Shown piece by piece: positions 49,724-60,138 of a stretch of 64,000 bases of DNA. Origin of the DNA: Thermoproteota archaeon (GTDB lineage Archaea; Korarchaeota; Korarchaeia; Korarchaeales; Korarchaeaceae); assembly GCA_027491395.1 (NCBI GenBank), contig JAOZFI010000006.1, forward strand, positions 1 to 64,000, given 5' to 3'. The position numbers and the translations under genes were made by a program. A model generated the notes under the pieces. The model did not search any database, was not told the origin of the DNA, and was given only the letters and a program-made list of their open reading frames with translations. The first letter of the stretch is position 1. Every line of letters begins with the position of its first letter.

Positions 49724-50408
49724 AAGTGCGATACTCGTCAAGAACAGGGAGGTCGTCGTTCCCGGGCAACCCCTAGCCAAGGGGAGGTTTAAGCTAGGTA
49801 GGGATGTTTACCGGGATGAATCCGGCATCATCAGGGCCAAGAAGCTGGGATTGGCCGATATAAAGGAAGATACTGTGTCAGTAGTGCCGCTTTCCGGCGT
49901 TTATATCCCCAAGGAGGGGGACATTGTCATAGGGATAATCTCTAGGATAAGCGGATCCACCATAATAGTGGACATAAGGTCTCCTTACCAAGGCGTGATC
50001 CCCATACCTAGGGGGAGGGCTACCGAGAGGGTGGACATGAGGAAGTACGACCTGAAGCTGGGCGATGTGATACTGGCGAAGGTCAAGGCATTTGATGGAT
50101 CATCATCCCTCCTCCTCACGATAGACATGGAGGGCTTGGGGAAACTGGAGGGAGGTTACATACTCGAGGTGGAACCCGCCAAGGTACCTAGGGTCATAGG
50201 GAAGAGGCAATCTATGCTAACGATCCTCAAGGAGAAGACTGGGAGCGATATAATCGTCGGAAACAATGGAAGGATATGGGTGCGCTCTCCCTCCTTGAAG
50301 GAGTTACTAGCTCTGGAGAAGGCTTTGAGGAAAATAGAGGCAGAATCTCATGTCTCAGGACTCAGCGATAGAATATCTTCCTTCTTGACTCAAGAACTCT
50401 CTGATTGA
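49716..50408 (+). CDS. rrp4: Exosome subunit Rrp4
   Basis: [25 protein letters not shown]. Confidence 0.95.
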   Translation: MSESAILVKNREVVVPGQPLAKGRFKLGRDVYRDESGIIRAKKLGLADIKEDTVSVVPLSGVYIPKEGDIVIGIISRISGSTIIVDIRSPYQGVIPIPRGRATERVDMRKYDLKLGDVILAKVKAFDGSSSLLLTIDMEGLGKLEGGYILEVEPAKVPRVIGKRQSMLTILKEKTGSDIIVGNNGRIWVRSPSLKELLALEKALRKIEAESHVSGLSDRISSFLTQELSD

Positions 50409-50422
50409 GGAGGTGTAAGATC

Positions 50423-51178
50423 ATGCCCCTGTATGTTGAGAAGAAGCCCGAGGTCCTGATAACCGAGGATGGTGTGAGGACTGATGGGAGAAAGCCCTAC
50501 GAGATGAGGCCTGTTAGAATGACCGTCGGCATACTGGACAAGGCTGACGGCTCGGCATTCATCGAGTGGGGCGGTAATAAGATACTGGCTGCGGTTTTCG
50601 GTCCGAGAGAGGTGCATCCCAAGCACCTAGTCCTGCCTGACAAGGCGCTGGTGAGAACCAGATACAACATGGCTCCCTTCTCCACACCGGAGAGGAAGAG
50701 GCCCGGACCGGACAGGAGAAGCGTGGAACTATCAAAGGTGATAAGGGAAGCCCTGAAACCAGCCATCTTCGTGGAGAACTACCCAGGATCCGTGATCGAC
50801 ATATTCGTAGAGGTGCTGAGATCGGACGCTGGCACTAGGGTAGCTGGAGTGAACGCTGCATCCCTCGCCCTGGCTAACGCAGGGATAGCGATGAGAGGAC
50901 TCGTGGCAGCCTGCGCGGTGGGCAGGGTGGGGGATTTCGTGGTCTGCGACCCGAATCACGATGAGGATATGTGGGGGGATGCCGACATGCCGATGGCCAT
51001 GCTCATGGAGGCAGAGGAGATAACTCTGCTTCAAACTGACGGTCCAATGACGGAGGAGCAGTTCAGGGAGGCGCTCAAGCTGGGAAGGAACGCTATCCGC
51101 TTACTCTACGAGATGCAGAAGGAGGCCTTGAAGAGGCCCTACCAAGTTGTGGAGAGATCCGTCAGGGGTGTTGTGTGA
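50423..51178 (+). CDS. rrp41: Exosome subunit Rrp41
   Basis: R.DGR...E.RP, GPRE, YNMAPFS, DAGTR, E.D..G.ADMP. Confidence 0.96.
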   Translation: MPLYVEKKPEVLITEDGVRTDGRKPYEMRPVRMTVGILDKADGSAFIEWGGNKILAAVFGPREVHPKHLVLPDKALVRTRYNMAPFSTPERKRPGPDRRSVELSKVIREALKPAIFVENYPGSVIDIFVEVLRSDAGTRVAGVNAASLALANAGIAMRGLVAACAVGRVGDFVVCDPNHDEDMWGDADMPMAMLMEAEEITLLQTDGPMTEEQFREALKLGRNAIRLLYEMQKEALKRPYQVVERSVRGVV

Positions 51179-51984
51179 TGTTCGAATCCGAGATGCTCAC
51201 CCACAACCTGCTCAAGGAGTACGTTAAGGATCTGGTATCGAAGGGCCAGAGGATCGATGGTAGGGGGTTCCAAGACTACAGACCAATAGAGGTGAAGGAG
51301 GGGACATTCACCAAGGCGGAGGGCGAGGCTTGGATAAAGCTGGGGAACACACAAGTACTAGTCGGCGTGAAAGCTGATGTGGGAGAACCCTTCCCCGACA
51401 CGCCAGACAAGGGGGTACTAGTGTCCAACACAGAGCTGCTTCCACTGGCCTCCCCAACATTCGAGCCGGGTCCTCCTAATGAGAACGCCATAGAGGTTGC
51501 GAGAGTAGTGGACAGAGCTATAAGGAGCGCTGATGCGGTCGACATGTCCTCTCTCGTGATAGTGGAAGGTAAACTCGTCTACATGCTTTTCCTCGACATG
51601 TACGTGTTGGACTACGACGGGAATCTAGAGGACGCCCTGACCATCGCTAGCCTCATAGCCCTCGGAAGGGCCGAGATCCCCAAGGTGGAGGTAAAGGAGG
51701 ACGGTGAGATAGAAGTCAAGGAAGAGAAGTGGAGGGTGAACCTGAAGGACCTCCCCATAAACTTCACATTCGTCAAGATAGGGGACCAGCTGCTTTTGGA
51801 TCCCGTGCTTGAGGAGGAGCAAGTCTCCGATGCGGCCATAACTCTGGCTATAGACAAGGAGGGTAGGATTTGCTCAATCCAGAAAAGACACGGTAAGTTC
51901 ACCATGGAAGAGATTTTAAGTGCCGCCAGCATAGCCCGTAGCAAGTGGCCTGAGATAGCGGAGAGAGTTAGGGAGGCAATCTGA
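51175..51984 (+). CDS. rrp42: Exosome subunit Rrp42
   Basis: R.DGR....R, PFPDTP..G, FEPGPP.E..IE.ARVVDR. Confidence 0.96.
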   Translation: MMFESEMLTHNLLKEYVKDLVSKGQRIDGRGFQDYRPIEVKEGTFTKAEGEAWIKLGNTQVLVGVKADVGEPFPDTPDKGVLVSNTELLPLASPTFEPGPPNENAIEVARVVDRAIRSADAVDMSSLVIVEGKLVYMLFLDMYVLDYDGNLEDALTIASLIALGRAEIPKVEVKEDGEIEVKEEKWRVNLKDLPINFTFVKIGDQLLLDPVLEEEQVSDAAITLAIDKEGRICSIQKRHGKFTMEEILSAASIARSKWPEIAERVREAI

Positions 51985-51985
51985 T

Positions 51986-52234
51986 ATGACCGGCGCGCCT
52001 AGAGCCAAGCTGAGAACCCCCAGGTACGGTCTGAAGATCAGGAGAAGGGTCGAGCACATCCTCCAGAAGTCCAAGAGAACTTACAAGTGCCCCTACTGCG
52101 GCGCCAATGCCGTCAGGAGGATCAGACTGGGTGTCTGGGCCTGCAAGAAGTGCGGTAAGGTGTTCACCGGAGGTGCGTGGGAACCCTTCACTGCAGTGGC
52201 TAGGAGCGCAGAGTTAGCAAGGGAGAGGGCTTGA
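51986..52234 (+). CDS. rpl37ae: 50S ribosomal protein L37Ae (eL43)
   Basis: RYG..IR, CP.CG, G.W.C.KC...F.GGA. Confidence 0.95.
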   Translation: MTGAPRAKLRTPRYGLKIRRRVEHILQKSKRTYKCPYCGANAVRRIRLGVWACKKCGKVFTGGAWEPFTAVARSAELARERA

Positions 52235-52815
52235 TACTTATAACGACCACGAGAAGGCCCTCTCGACGCACCCGTTCTTTTGTTCGGGACCTATACCATG
52301 TCCTTCCCAACGCGATCAGAAGAAATAGGGGGAAGATGTCCTTAGAGGATCTAAACGAGCTGGCTCTCCAGTCGGGAGCCGAGAGGGTGCTCGTCGTAGG
52401 TACTTCGAGGGGTAACCCCTCCTTCTTAGCCTTTTACGAGCCTTATCCATCAGCGATAAGACCCATCTCGATAATACACCTGAGAGGGGTTTCCTTAAGG
52501 AGAGAGATAACTGGGAGGAGAGCCCCTCACTCGAAGGACCTCTGCATCACGTACTCTCGCCCGGATCTAGCCCACTTAGCTCAAGTACTCTCCCTTTCCT
52601 TCAACGTGGGAGAGCCCATCCTAGCGCTGCTCGAACAGCTGACTCAAGTGGAAGGATGCGACCTCACACTTCACCTATCACAGGGATCGGACGACATAAC
52701 CAACTCGTCCTTCTACAGGACCAGACCACCTTGGGAGGTGGGCCCTAGGATGAGGATAGGGGGGTTCAAGGAGTTTGAAGGTGAAAGTGGATCTGAGAGT
52801 GAGAGTAACGTTTGA
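52231..52815 (+). CDS. Brix-domain ribosome biogenesis protein
   Basis: ITT.RRPSRRTRSF..DL, RGK.S, GNP, GP motifs. Confidence 0.9.
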   Translation: MILITTTRRPSRRTRSFVRDLYHVLPNAIRRNRGKMSLEDLNELALQSGAERVLVVGTSRGNPSFLAFYEPYPSAIRPISIIHLRGVSLRREITGRRAPHSKDLCITYSRPDLAHLAQVLSLSFNVGEPILALLEQLTQVEGCDLTLHLSQGSDDITNSSFYRTRPPWEVGPRMRIGGFKEFEGESGSESESNV

Positions 52816-53005
52816 GAGTAGCAATGAAGCTTCTCGCTTCTACAAAGCCCTACTCCCAGACTTCTCCGATGTGAAGGTAAGTCTAGAGGAGGATTCGGTG
52901 GTAATTGACCTCGTCAGCCTTCCCCCATCCAGAGCCAGAGCTCTAGCTAATAGTCTCTTGAGAACGGTTCAACTCTATCAGAGGATGTTTGAGGCCCTTA
53001 AGTAA
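52775..53005 (+). CDS. pcc1: KEOPS subunit Pcc1
   Basis: 76 aa, AL.PD and RA..NS.LR motifs; follows Brix. Confidence 0.75.
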   Translation: MKVKVDLRVRVTFESSNEASRFYKALLPDFSDVKVSLEEDSVVIDLVSLPPSRARALANSLLRTVQLYQRMFEALK

Positions 53006-53696
53006 TCTTGGGGTAGGCTTCAAATGGCTTCTCCATCAGGAGAACCGAGAGCCCATTATACACTAGGTAAAAGAGGGACTCGCCCAAACCTCTCTTCCTA
53101 ACTCGCCTCGCTGAGGTATAAACAACCATCTCCGGGACGAATTTTATCTTACCCATCCTAGATGCGGCCATGGAGAGTAGAGCATCCTCGGAGACCCTCA
53201 CATCCTCCCTGAATCCTCCCAGCCTCAGTAACACGTCTCTCCTGAAGGCCGAATTGAATCCCATGAGGTGGGGCCGCCCCATTAAGATGGTGAACCTAAC
53301 CATCAGGTCATAGGAGAGAATGTACGCGGCCTTGAGTAGATCATCTCCATCCTCTAGGGGGTAAGCAGGCCCACCTAAACCGATCACTCCCTCCTCCTCG
53401 GATCCCTTAATGAGCGCGGCCCTCCACCCTTTGGCCACGACCGTGTCGGCGTCGACGAAAGCTATCATGTCTCCAGAGGATAATCTAATTCCCGCATTCC
53501 TGGCCTTGGCAGGTGAATCGTATTCAGGCGAACTTCTCACGATATCTGCATATCTCTCGGCTATTTCAACTGTGCCATCCTCACTCCCGCCGTCGATCAC
53601 CACTATCTCATCGACATCCTCATTCCCCAGGGCCATCAAAGCTCTCTCAATGTAACTAGCTTCTCTGTAGGTCGGGATCACCACAGAGAGCTTCAT
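52998..53696 (-). CDS. Glycosyltransferase family 2
   Basis: SVVIP, DGGS.D.T, ARN.G, FVDAD, ED, TSARR. Confidence 0.92.
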   Translation of the reverse strand: MKLSVVIPTYREASYIERALMALGNEDVDEIVVIDGGSEDGTVEIAERYADIVRSSPEYDSPAKARNAGIRLSSGDMIAFVDADTVVAKGWRAALIKGSEEEGVIGLGGPAYPLEDGDDLLKAAYILSYDLMVRFTILMGRPHLMGFNSAFRRDVLLRLGGFREDVRVSEDALLSMAASRMGKIKFVPEMVVYTSARRVRKRGLGESLFYLVYNGLSVLLMEKPFEAYPKIT

Positions 53697-54490
53697 AGAA
53701 CGACACCCATGGCGGCGGAAATGAGGGCGACCACGCCAGTGGATATCAGGTTCACTGCATGGTTATTCAACCATTTCAATCCTCTGACAGGCCTCGCACC
53801 CCCATTACACAGAGAAGGGTCCTCGACTATCCTATCCTCTTCAACACACCTGTATCTGACCTGCAATAGGGCCCCAAGCAGACTATCTATCAGACTACAG
53901 GAGAAACCCAAAGCTACGACCAAGAGCAGCTGGTTCAGCCCTATCATGGAGAAGGAAAACGCCTCAATGGCTATCAGAAGAGCGCCTATCAGGCTTGCGA
54001 GTGTCCCCAACGGAGAGATGGCGCCTGACGTGCCCGGTGGTACCCTTCTCAAGGTGTGGATCATAATCGGCGGATCCGCGCTGAGCACCCCTATCTCGCT
54101 CCCCAGAGTGTCTGAGAGTGCTCCAGCTAATGAGGACACGAAGGCCAGCATGGCCGTCTCCCAAGAGGTCAATGAGTAGAGTAGGAGCATGGATGTGGGG
54201 AAGAACAGATTGGCTGCAACGTTCTTCCACGTCCTAGCGCCGCCCTTAAGCTCCGCAGCGCCCAACTCCTCCTTCAGACCGTACTTGTACTTGGTGAACG
54301 CCGATCCTACTAGGAAGAACGTGATTAACATGAATGTCGCGGACAATCCGCCACCTAACACAAACACGATACCCACAAGCAGACCAGCTACGAATCCTGA
54401 CCTGTCTATGGATCTATTGAAGTATCCAGCAGATCCTACGGTCAGGATAACTGCAAGGCCGGCTAATGTGCTCACTAGATCGGCTTTCAT
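53693..54490 (-). CDS. DUF92 (TMEM19) membrane protein
   Basis: R...NV.AN, DT..SEIG, PGTSG.IS..G, DS.LGA.LQ, N..VN. Confidence 0.9.
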   Translation of the reverse strand: MKADLVSTLAGLAVILTVGSAGYFNRSIDRSGFVAGLLVGIVFVLGGGLSATFMLITFFLVGSAFTKYKYGLKEELGAAELKGGARTWKNVAANLFFPTSMLLLYSLTSWETAMLAFVSSLAGALSDTLGSEIGVLSADPPIMIHTLRRVPPGTSGAISPLGTLASLIGALLIAIEAFSFSMIGLNQLLLVVALGFSCSLIDSLLGALLQVRYRCVEEDRIVEDPSLCNGGARPVRGLKWLNNHAVNLISTGVVALISAAMGVVL

Positions 54491-54552
54491 CTCCCCAATC
54501 CAGCCAAGGGATCGGGTAATCGTTTAAAAATGAAAGCAGTTACACAGCGATG

Positions 54553-54629
54553 GGGGCCGTGGTCTAGCTAGGTAGGATGCCAGCCTGGGGCGCTGGTGGT
54601 CCCGGGTTCAAATCCCGGCGGCCCCACCA
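54553..54629 (+). tRNA. tRNA-Pro (GGG)
   Basis: Cloverleaf, anticodon loop CTGGGGC, encoded CCA. Confidence 0.95.
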
Positions 54630-54631
54630 GC

Positions 54632-56185
54632 TTAAGAACTTCCCTTTCTTATCGGCACGCCCTCAACCAATCTATCTGAGAGGACCCTGATGATCTTGAC
54701 CTCGAGCACTTTTCCGATCTTGGGTCTTCTCCTCACTCTTAACTTGACGACTGGGCCGCCAGCTAGGGGATAGGCGTAACTCCCCTTTCCTACAGAGGGA
54801 GCAACGATTACCTTGATTACGGCTCCTAAAAGCTCCCTCTTTCTCATTCTGTTGAGCTCGATAGCCTTTTCCGCGATCATCTTGGATCCACGATCCGGGA
54901 TCACGTCGTAACCTTTGAAGGCCGTCCCTGGAAGTGGTCTGAACCTGTAGACCGTTATCTTCTCTGCACCGTACCTGTAGGCCAGCTCCATCGACCTCAG
55001 AGTCATCTTGACCACCCTATCATTCTGCCCAGGCAGGCTGTGTATGAAGTAGGCGTAGGGTCTGAGTCCTGCCTCTCTCAGTTTCTTTATTGCCTTCATG
55101 GATTCATCAGGTCCACAGGGCCTGCCCAGTAGGTCAGCATGTTCCGGATCGCCCGTCTCCACACCTATATGTATCGCTGTCCCTTTGAGGTATCTCCCCA
55201 ACACCTCGGCAACTTCATCGTTAATTAGGCAGGGCTTCACATTCTCAACCTCGAAGAAAAAGCGGTATTCCCAGGAAAGCTCCTTGATGGCCTTCAGTAA
55301 CTCCTCTATAGCGTTCACATTGGGTCCTGGCTCGTAGGGATGCGTGAGAGGTCCATTGACCAGCCGCTCCCTACCGTACTCTAGGAAGTCGGCGCCGCTG
55401 AGCACTATCCTCCTGACCCCCATCTCAGCCAGACCCCTAACCTCCTCTACAACGGAGTCCTTGTCCCTGGACTTCGGCGTCCCGTAAAGAGCTGGAATAG
55501 AACAGTAGCCACAGCCAGGAGGGATGCCTTGGGGGCATAGTAACCTCTTGCTTAGATCGAACTCATAACAAGCTCTACAGAGATCGCACATTTCCTCGGA
55601 AACCCCTATCTTCGGTCTATTGAAGTTAGAGCAGCTCCTCACGACCTCGACGTAGACCCTGCTGCTTCTGTAGTGGGGTATGGTCCTATAAAACTTGACA
55701 GCAGATACGGAAGGCCGGAACCTCTTGAGGTCCTCTGCTGATAAGTTAGAGACACGGGTCAACACCCCGTCCCCAGTTATCAGGTTGGGAACGCCCTCCA
55801 AATCTTGAGGAATCTTGCCTACAGAGAGGCCTCTCCTCAGGAGGGACTCGAGAGCGACCTCTCCCTCACCCCACACTCCCAAGTGGAAGCCCAATCTAGG
55901 TACGATGCTAGGATCTGAGGTTATAGGTCCACCTATGATCTTTATACCCTTGAATCTGCTGGCGACTCTCCGAACAACTGGCTCATCCATGGTCATGGCG
56001 CTAACTAGAAGGACACCGAACTTGCCTGCTCCTTTCCTCAAGTAGTCCTCCACTCTGTAAATCCGGTACTCCAAATCAAACATCTCCAGCACTCCTGCGA
56101 TCGCCCTAGGACCTGCTCCTATGACGTCTAGAGAGGACAGCCTCTTTCCCTCACCTGCGGCCAGCGCATCCAATATTAGGAACAT
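54632..56185 (-). CDS. B12-binding-like radical SAM protein with Cys-rich insert and C-terminal TRAM-like domain
   Basis: IGGP, GEGE, EVVRSC...(insert)...GCGYCS, G.ETG, PGQ motifs. Confidence 0.85.
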   Translation of the reverse strand: MFLILDALAAGEGKRLSSLDVIGAGPRAIAGVLEMFDLEYRIYRVEDYLRKGAGKFGVLLVSAMTMDEPVVRRVASRFKGIKIIGGPITSDPSIVPRLGFHLGVWGEGEVALESLLRRGLSVGKIPQDLEGVPNLITGDGVLTRVSNLSAEDLKRFRPSVSAVKFYRTIPHYRSSRVYVEVVRSCSNFNRPKIGVSEEMCDLCRACYEFDLSKRLLCPQGIPPGCGYCSIPALYGTPKSRDKDSVVEEVRGLAEMGVRRIVLSGADFLEYGRERLVNGPLTHPYEPGPNVNAIEELLKAIKELSWEYRFFFEVENVKPCLINDEVAEVLGRYLKGTAIHIGVETGDPEHADLLGRPCGPDESMKAIKKLREAGLRPYAYFIHSLPGQNDRVVKMTLRSMELAYRYGAEKITVYRFRPLPGTAFKGYDVIPDRGSKMIAEKAIELNRMRKRELLGAVIKVIVAPSVGKGSYAYPLAGGPVVKLRVRRRPKIGKVLEVKIIRVLSDRLVEGVPIRKGSS

Positions 56186-56201
56186 CCGGTGGTAAGACGA
56201 G

Positions 56202-56741
56202 ATGCTAGGTAAATCTTTTCTCTCAGAGTGCGGAACCCTTCTATCGGACCTAGCATTAAGGGAGGAAGCGAGAGAGATAGTAGCGGAGGCGAAAGGGAAA
56301 CTCGTTACTTCAATCGAGGATATACCCGATGCTCCTCTAGTGTCGGTGGGGGATAGGGTCACCTACTCGCTACTAGAGAACGGTAGAAAGCCAGAAGTGG
56401 CAATAATTGATCTCAAGGAGAGGAGATCTAGGGAAGCGCCCGCAGTGTACCGGCTGAGCGGGTACCTCATCCTATCCTCAAGTAATCCTCCAGGCAGGAT
56501 AACTAGGGATTCTTGGAACGCTGTTAGGCTCGCTATAAATATGGCGTCTCGCGGGTTTAGAATTGTCTTGATCGTGGATGGTGAGGAGGACCTGCTGGGC
56601 TTTCCCGTCACCCTGCTGGCGCCTCCCGGCTGGTACATGCTTTACGGTCAGCCGGGTATGGGGATGATTTTGGTGGAGATCAACGATGAGGTGAAGAAAG
56701 AGGCAAAGAGCCTACTCATTAAAGCATTTAAACCTCTCTAG
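56202..56741 (+). CDS. GTP-dependent dephospho-CoA kinase (DUF359)
   Basis: VGD.VT, IID.K..R, NPPG.IT, VDGEEDLL, YGQPG.G. Confidence 0.9.
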   Translation: MLGKSFLSECGTLLSDLALREEAREIVAEAKGKLVTSIEDIPDAPLVSVGDRVTYSLLENGRKPEVAIIDLKERRSREAPAVYRLSGYLILSSSNPPGRITRDSWNAVRLAINMASRGFRIVLIVDGEEDLLGFPVTLLAPPGWYMLYGQPGMGMILVEINDEVKKEAKSLLIKAFKPL

Positions 56742-58482
56742 GAAGCTTATGCCTCCTAATAAGTATGAATGGATGGTTCTCGTCGAAATCTCTGTATTCC
56801 CGACCAGATAGAACCGCCTTACCTGTAGCCAGCAGCTCGTCCCTCGTGTTCACGACCAGCACCTCACTCTTGGGCCTTATCTGAGGATCAGCCCAGTCCA
56901 CGAACTTCACGAAGACCGTAGTCCCTCTAGCAACAATCTCCTCGAACCTCTTCTTTACGCACACCCTAGATCTAGGTGAGGGGAGGAGCTTGAGCATCAG
57001 CTCCGCTCCCTGCAGCGTGGGAACGAACATCCCATCACTGGGCCTGATAAATCCGATGGTAACGCCATCCTTCATCACTTCCCTAGGCATACCCGTCCTC
57101 TTGGACCTCCTTATTCGAGCTCCTTTACCGAGCTCCTTCAGGGAAGGGTGAAACTGGTAAGATAGCAAGGAGGAGACTAGCTCCTCGTCAGAGGGCTCAT
57201 CTATCACTTCCTCCTCATAGGGGAAGACGGTCTGACCGAATGGATAAGCGTACTTCAACCCCAAGGGAACCCTCCCATAGAGCCTCCTCATGATGTGCCT
57301 TCCGAACACAACGTTCCTGACCCTATCCCGGGCCCTGATTACTTCGGGCCTGAAAAATGTCTCTGGACCCGAGTACAACAGACCTGACGACTTGGAGAAG
57401 GGCTCCCTGATCTCCAGTAGGCCCTTCCAATTCTTTAGAACGTATTCAAGTGCCATGTGCAGCTTGGGATGGAACCTAGTCCTCTCCTGCACGAGCTCCC
57501 ACAGCCACTCACCTCTTATGGCCTCTCTCACCTTCCTGATTTCTGCAATCGACACATATAGGTTGTGTTTCGCTATCAATCGAACCCTCTCCTCTCTAGG
57601 AAGCTCTTTAATCTCCTTAGGAGTATATCTCATGCATACTGGACATGAACACGGGAACTCATCGATATCATCCAACTGGAGGGTTCCGTGGGGCGTCATG
57701 TACCTCCCTTGCTCAGCATACAGCGCATACGCTGCCGAATCGAAGGAATCTGCACCTAGAGCTGCGAAGAGGGCGAAGGTGGAAGGATGACCTATCCCCC
57801 AGAAGTGAAAGGGTTTTCCAGACTTGAGGATAGACCTCACGAGCAGGAAGTGCTTGGCTTGGAGGGTGAAATCATATCTCTCAAGCGCAACCTTGAGGGA
57901 GCCCACTCCATTATAGTCGAAATCCAACTCCCTTATCCGTCTGGAGCTGTACTCCACCAAATCTATGTGAACCGATCCCTGAGGCGTTCCTACCCATAAG
58001 GTCCCCCTCAAATTATCCCTTAGCTCTGACCATTCCTCCGCGTTCTTTAGTGTCCTTATAACTCCTTTCTCCGCCTCTCTCCTGCTGATCTCAGATGACA
58101 TGGGAACATCCAGTATGGACCCGATGTCCGATCCTATCGCGTGTTGGAACTCAAGTATCTCCCTGTTGGATATCTCTACATCCCCGTACCTGTAGATCTG
58201 GTAGGCGCCGGAGTCGGTCATCACGATTCCATTAAATCCTAAGAGGGAGTGGATCCCCTGCTCTAAGGCCTTCTCTCTCAAATCCTCCGACTTGTATATT
58301 ATGTAAGAATTCGTTATCAGGGCTCTAATCCCCATTCCCCTCATTTCCTCAGGAGTTACTATAGGTTTGTTTGGGTTATACACAGGAAAGAACTCCGGCA
58401 GGGTGAGCGTCCCGCTCTTAGTTCTAAGGTCGGATAGCCTAGCGGAGGCATCGCTCTTCCTGACTCTGAAGATCAGATCCAT
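56728..58482 (-). CDS. tgtA: Archaeosine tRNA-guanine(15) transglycosylase
   Basis: ITNSYII, MTDSG.YQ, D.FDSA.Y, C.CP.C, HN, C-terminal PUA. Confidence 0.95.
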   Translation of the reverse strand: MDLIFRVRKSDASARLSDLRTKSGTLTLPEFFPVYNPNKPIVTPEEMRGMGIRALITNSYIIYKSEDLREKALEQGIHSLLGFNGIVMTDSGAYQIYRYGDVEISNREILEFQHAIGSDIGSILDVPMSSEISRREAEKGVIRTLKNAEEWSELRDNLRGTLWVGTPQGSVHIDLVEYSSRRIRELDFDYNGVGSLKVALERYDFTLQAKHFLLVRSILKSGKPFHFWGIGHPSTFALFAALGADSFDSAAYALYAEQGRYMTPHGTLQLDDIDEFPCSCPVCMRYTPKEIKELPREERVRLIAKHNLYVSIAEIRKVREAIRGEWLWELVQERTRFHPKLHMALEYVLKNWKGLLEIREPFSKSSGLLYSGPETFFRPEVIRARDRVRNVVFGRHIMRRLYGRVPLGLKYAYPFGQTVFPYEEEVIDEPSDEELVSSLLSYQFHPSLKELGKGARIRRSKRTGMPREVMKDGVTIGFIRPSDGMFVPTLQGAELMLKLLPSPRSRVCVKKRFEEIVARGTTVFVKFVDWADPQIRPKSEVLVVNTRDELLATGKAVLSGREYRDFDENHPFILIRRHKLPREV

Positions 58483-58539
58483 GGGGAGAGCCCTAACCTC
58501 CTTACAACAATCAAAATAATAAAAAGGAAGGCTGATGGT

Positions 58540-58782
58540 TCAGGAAATACCGTTCCCCTCACTTCTCAATAGGTTAAGCCCCTTAGGAGTTATGAAGACT
58601 CGCTCCCCCCTAAACCTTCTCCTCCTCGTAATAAGGCCCTTGTTGGCGAGGTACTTCAGGACGAACTCCCTAGCTACCCTGTCAGGAATCAGTTCAGATG
58701 CAACGATACCGTCATTTCCCGCTTTCTCTAGTTTCCGTAGGATCCTTAAATGCGCATCCATTAGTACCCTCAATTTATTCAC
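58540..58782 (-). CDS. Small winged-helix protein
   Basis: L.YL...GLI.......V.IT.KG..L motif; start may be the ATG at 58761. Confidence 0.7.
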   Translation of the reverse strand: MNKLRVLMDAHLRILRKLEKAGNDGIVASELIPDRVAREFVLKYLANKGLITRRRRFRGERVFITPKGLNLLRSEGNGIS

Positions 58783-58987
58783 CTTTCGCCGTCATCCGGC
58801 ATCAGCCGGAGGGATGACGACGTGGGAGGGCCTGAGCACCCCCCAACTAACACTAAGGTAACATTTCTGTCTATAAAACTTTACCTATCTGCCTTGCCGT
58901 TCCACCACTGTTTACGTCGATTGGTTAAACGAGATCCCTACGTGAAAACGCTGAAATAGGGTCGGGGTTAGAAGGTCAGGTGCCACT

Positions 58988-60127
58988 ATGGAATGGGATG
59001 TCATAATAGTCGGCGGTGGACCCGCTGGCCTATCTGCGGCAAGGTTTTCCTCTGAACTGGGGCTCAAAACCCTGCTCTTCGAGGCCTATTCCGATATCAA
59101 GGCTTGGAAGCCCTGTGGTGAGGGAGTGAGCAAGGAGACCTTCGAAACAGCCGGGATAGAACCCAAACCAGGTATAGTTGCAAACGAGCTTAGTATGAGG
59201 GTGTACGCCCCATCGGGCAAGTATGTTGAGATCCCACTGCACGGTTTCGCCATAAACAAGGACCTGTTCTTACAAGAGATGGGTAAGGAGGCACTAAAGG
59301 CAGGTGCCGAATTTAGGATAGGGGAGAGAGTAGAAGGCGTCGTCAAGGAGGGCGGCAAGATCATAGGCGTCAAGACCTCTAAGGGTGAGGTGGTCAAAGG
59401 GAAGGTGGTCATAGGTGCGGACGGTTACAACTCGGTTGTCGCCAAGACGGCCGGTCTCGACAACACTACCGAGCTGATCCCCGTTTACCAGTACAAGATG
59501 GTCGGTGTGGAACTGGACTCACACACAACCGGCCACATATACGTAGGCTCTATGGCTCCCGGGGGATATGCTTGGATATTCCCGAAGGACGAGGATATAG
59601 CCAACGTTGGTATTGGAGTGCGACCAGGGGCACCCAAGCCCTATCTAGATAAATTCATAAAGGACAGGCCAGAACTCTTCAGAAAAGCCAAGATAATGGG
59701 GGTTGGAGGAGCGGCAGTCCCAATTGGAGGAATAGCTAAGGAGTACATCGCGGACAACCTCATACTCCTAGGAGACGCGGCGGGAATGGTCATCCCCTTC
59801 ACGGGTGCCGGTATCCACTCCTCCATAGCAGCGGGCAAGGTGGCTAGCAAAGTCATAAAGGAGGCCATAGAGAGGGGAGATACCTCGGGGAGATCCCTCA
59901 AAGCCTTCGAGAAGGAGTACGAACACTGGATAAAGAGGATAAACGATAGCCTGAAGGCCATGAGGGTCTTCGAGAAACTGAGCGATGATGACCTCAACCA
60001 ACTGGCGGATGTACTGGATTACGAGGACGTGATAAACTTGGCAAACGGGATGAATCTGGGCAAAGTGGCCATGAAGCTGATGAAGCATCCGATCCTAGCC
60101 ACCAAGGTGGCTAAGGCTCTCCTGTAG
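58988..60127 (+). CDS. Geranylgeranyl reductase family flavoprotein
   Basis: GGGPAG, PCGEG, GADG, GGYAWIFP, GDAAG...P.TG.GI. Confidence 0.92.
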   Translation: MEWDVIIVGGGPAGLSAARFSSELGLKTLLFEAYSDIKAWKPCGEGVSKETFETAGIEPKPGIVANELSMRVYAPSGKYVEIPLHGFAINKDLFLQEMGKEALKAGAEFRIGERVEGVVKEGGKIIGVKTSKGEVVKGKVVIGADGYNSVVAKTAGLDNTTELIPVYQYKMVGVELDSHTTGHIYVGSMAPGGYAWIFPKDEDIANVGIGVRPGAPKPYLDKFIKDRPELFRKAKIMGVGGAAVPIGGIAKEYIADNLILLGDAAGMVIPFTGAGIHSSIAAGKVASKVIKEAIERGDTSGRSLKAFEKEYEHWIKRINDSLKAMRVFEKLSDDDLNQLADVLDYEDVINLANGMNLGKVAMKLMKHPILATKVAKALL

Positions 60128-60138
60128 GGGGTGTCTCC

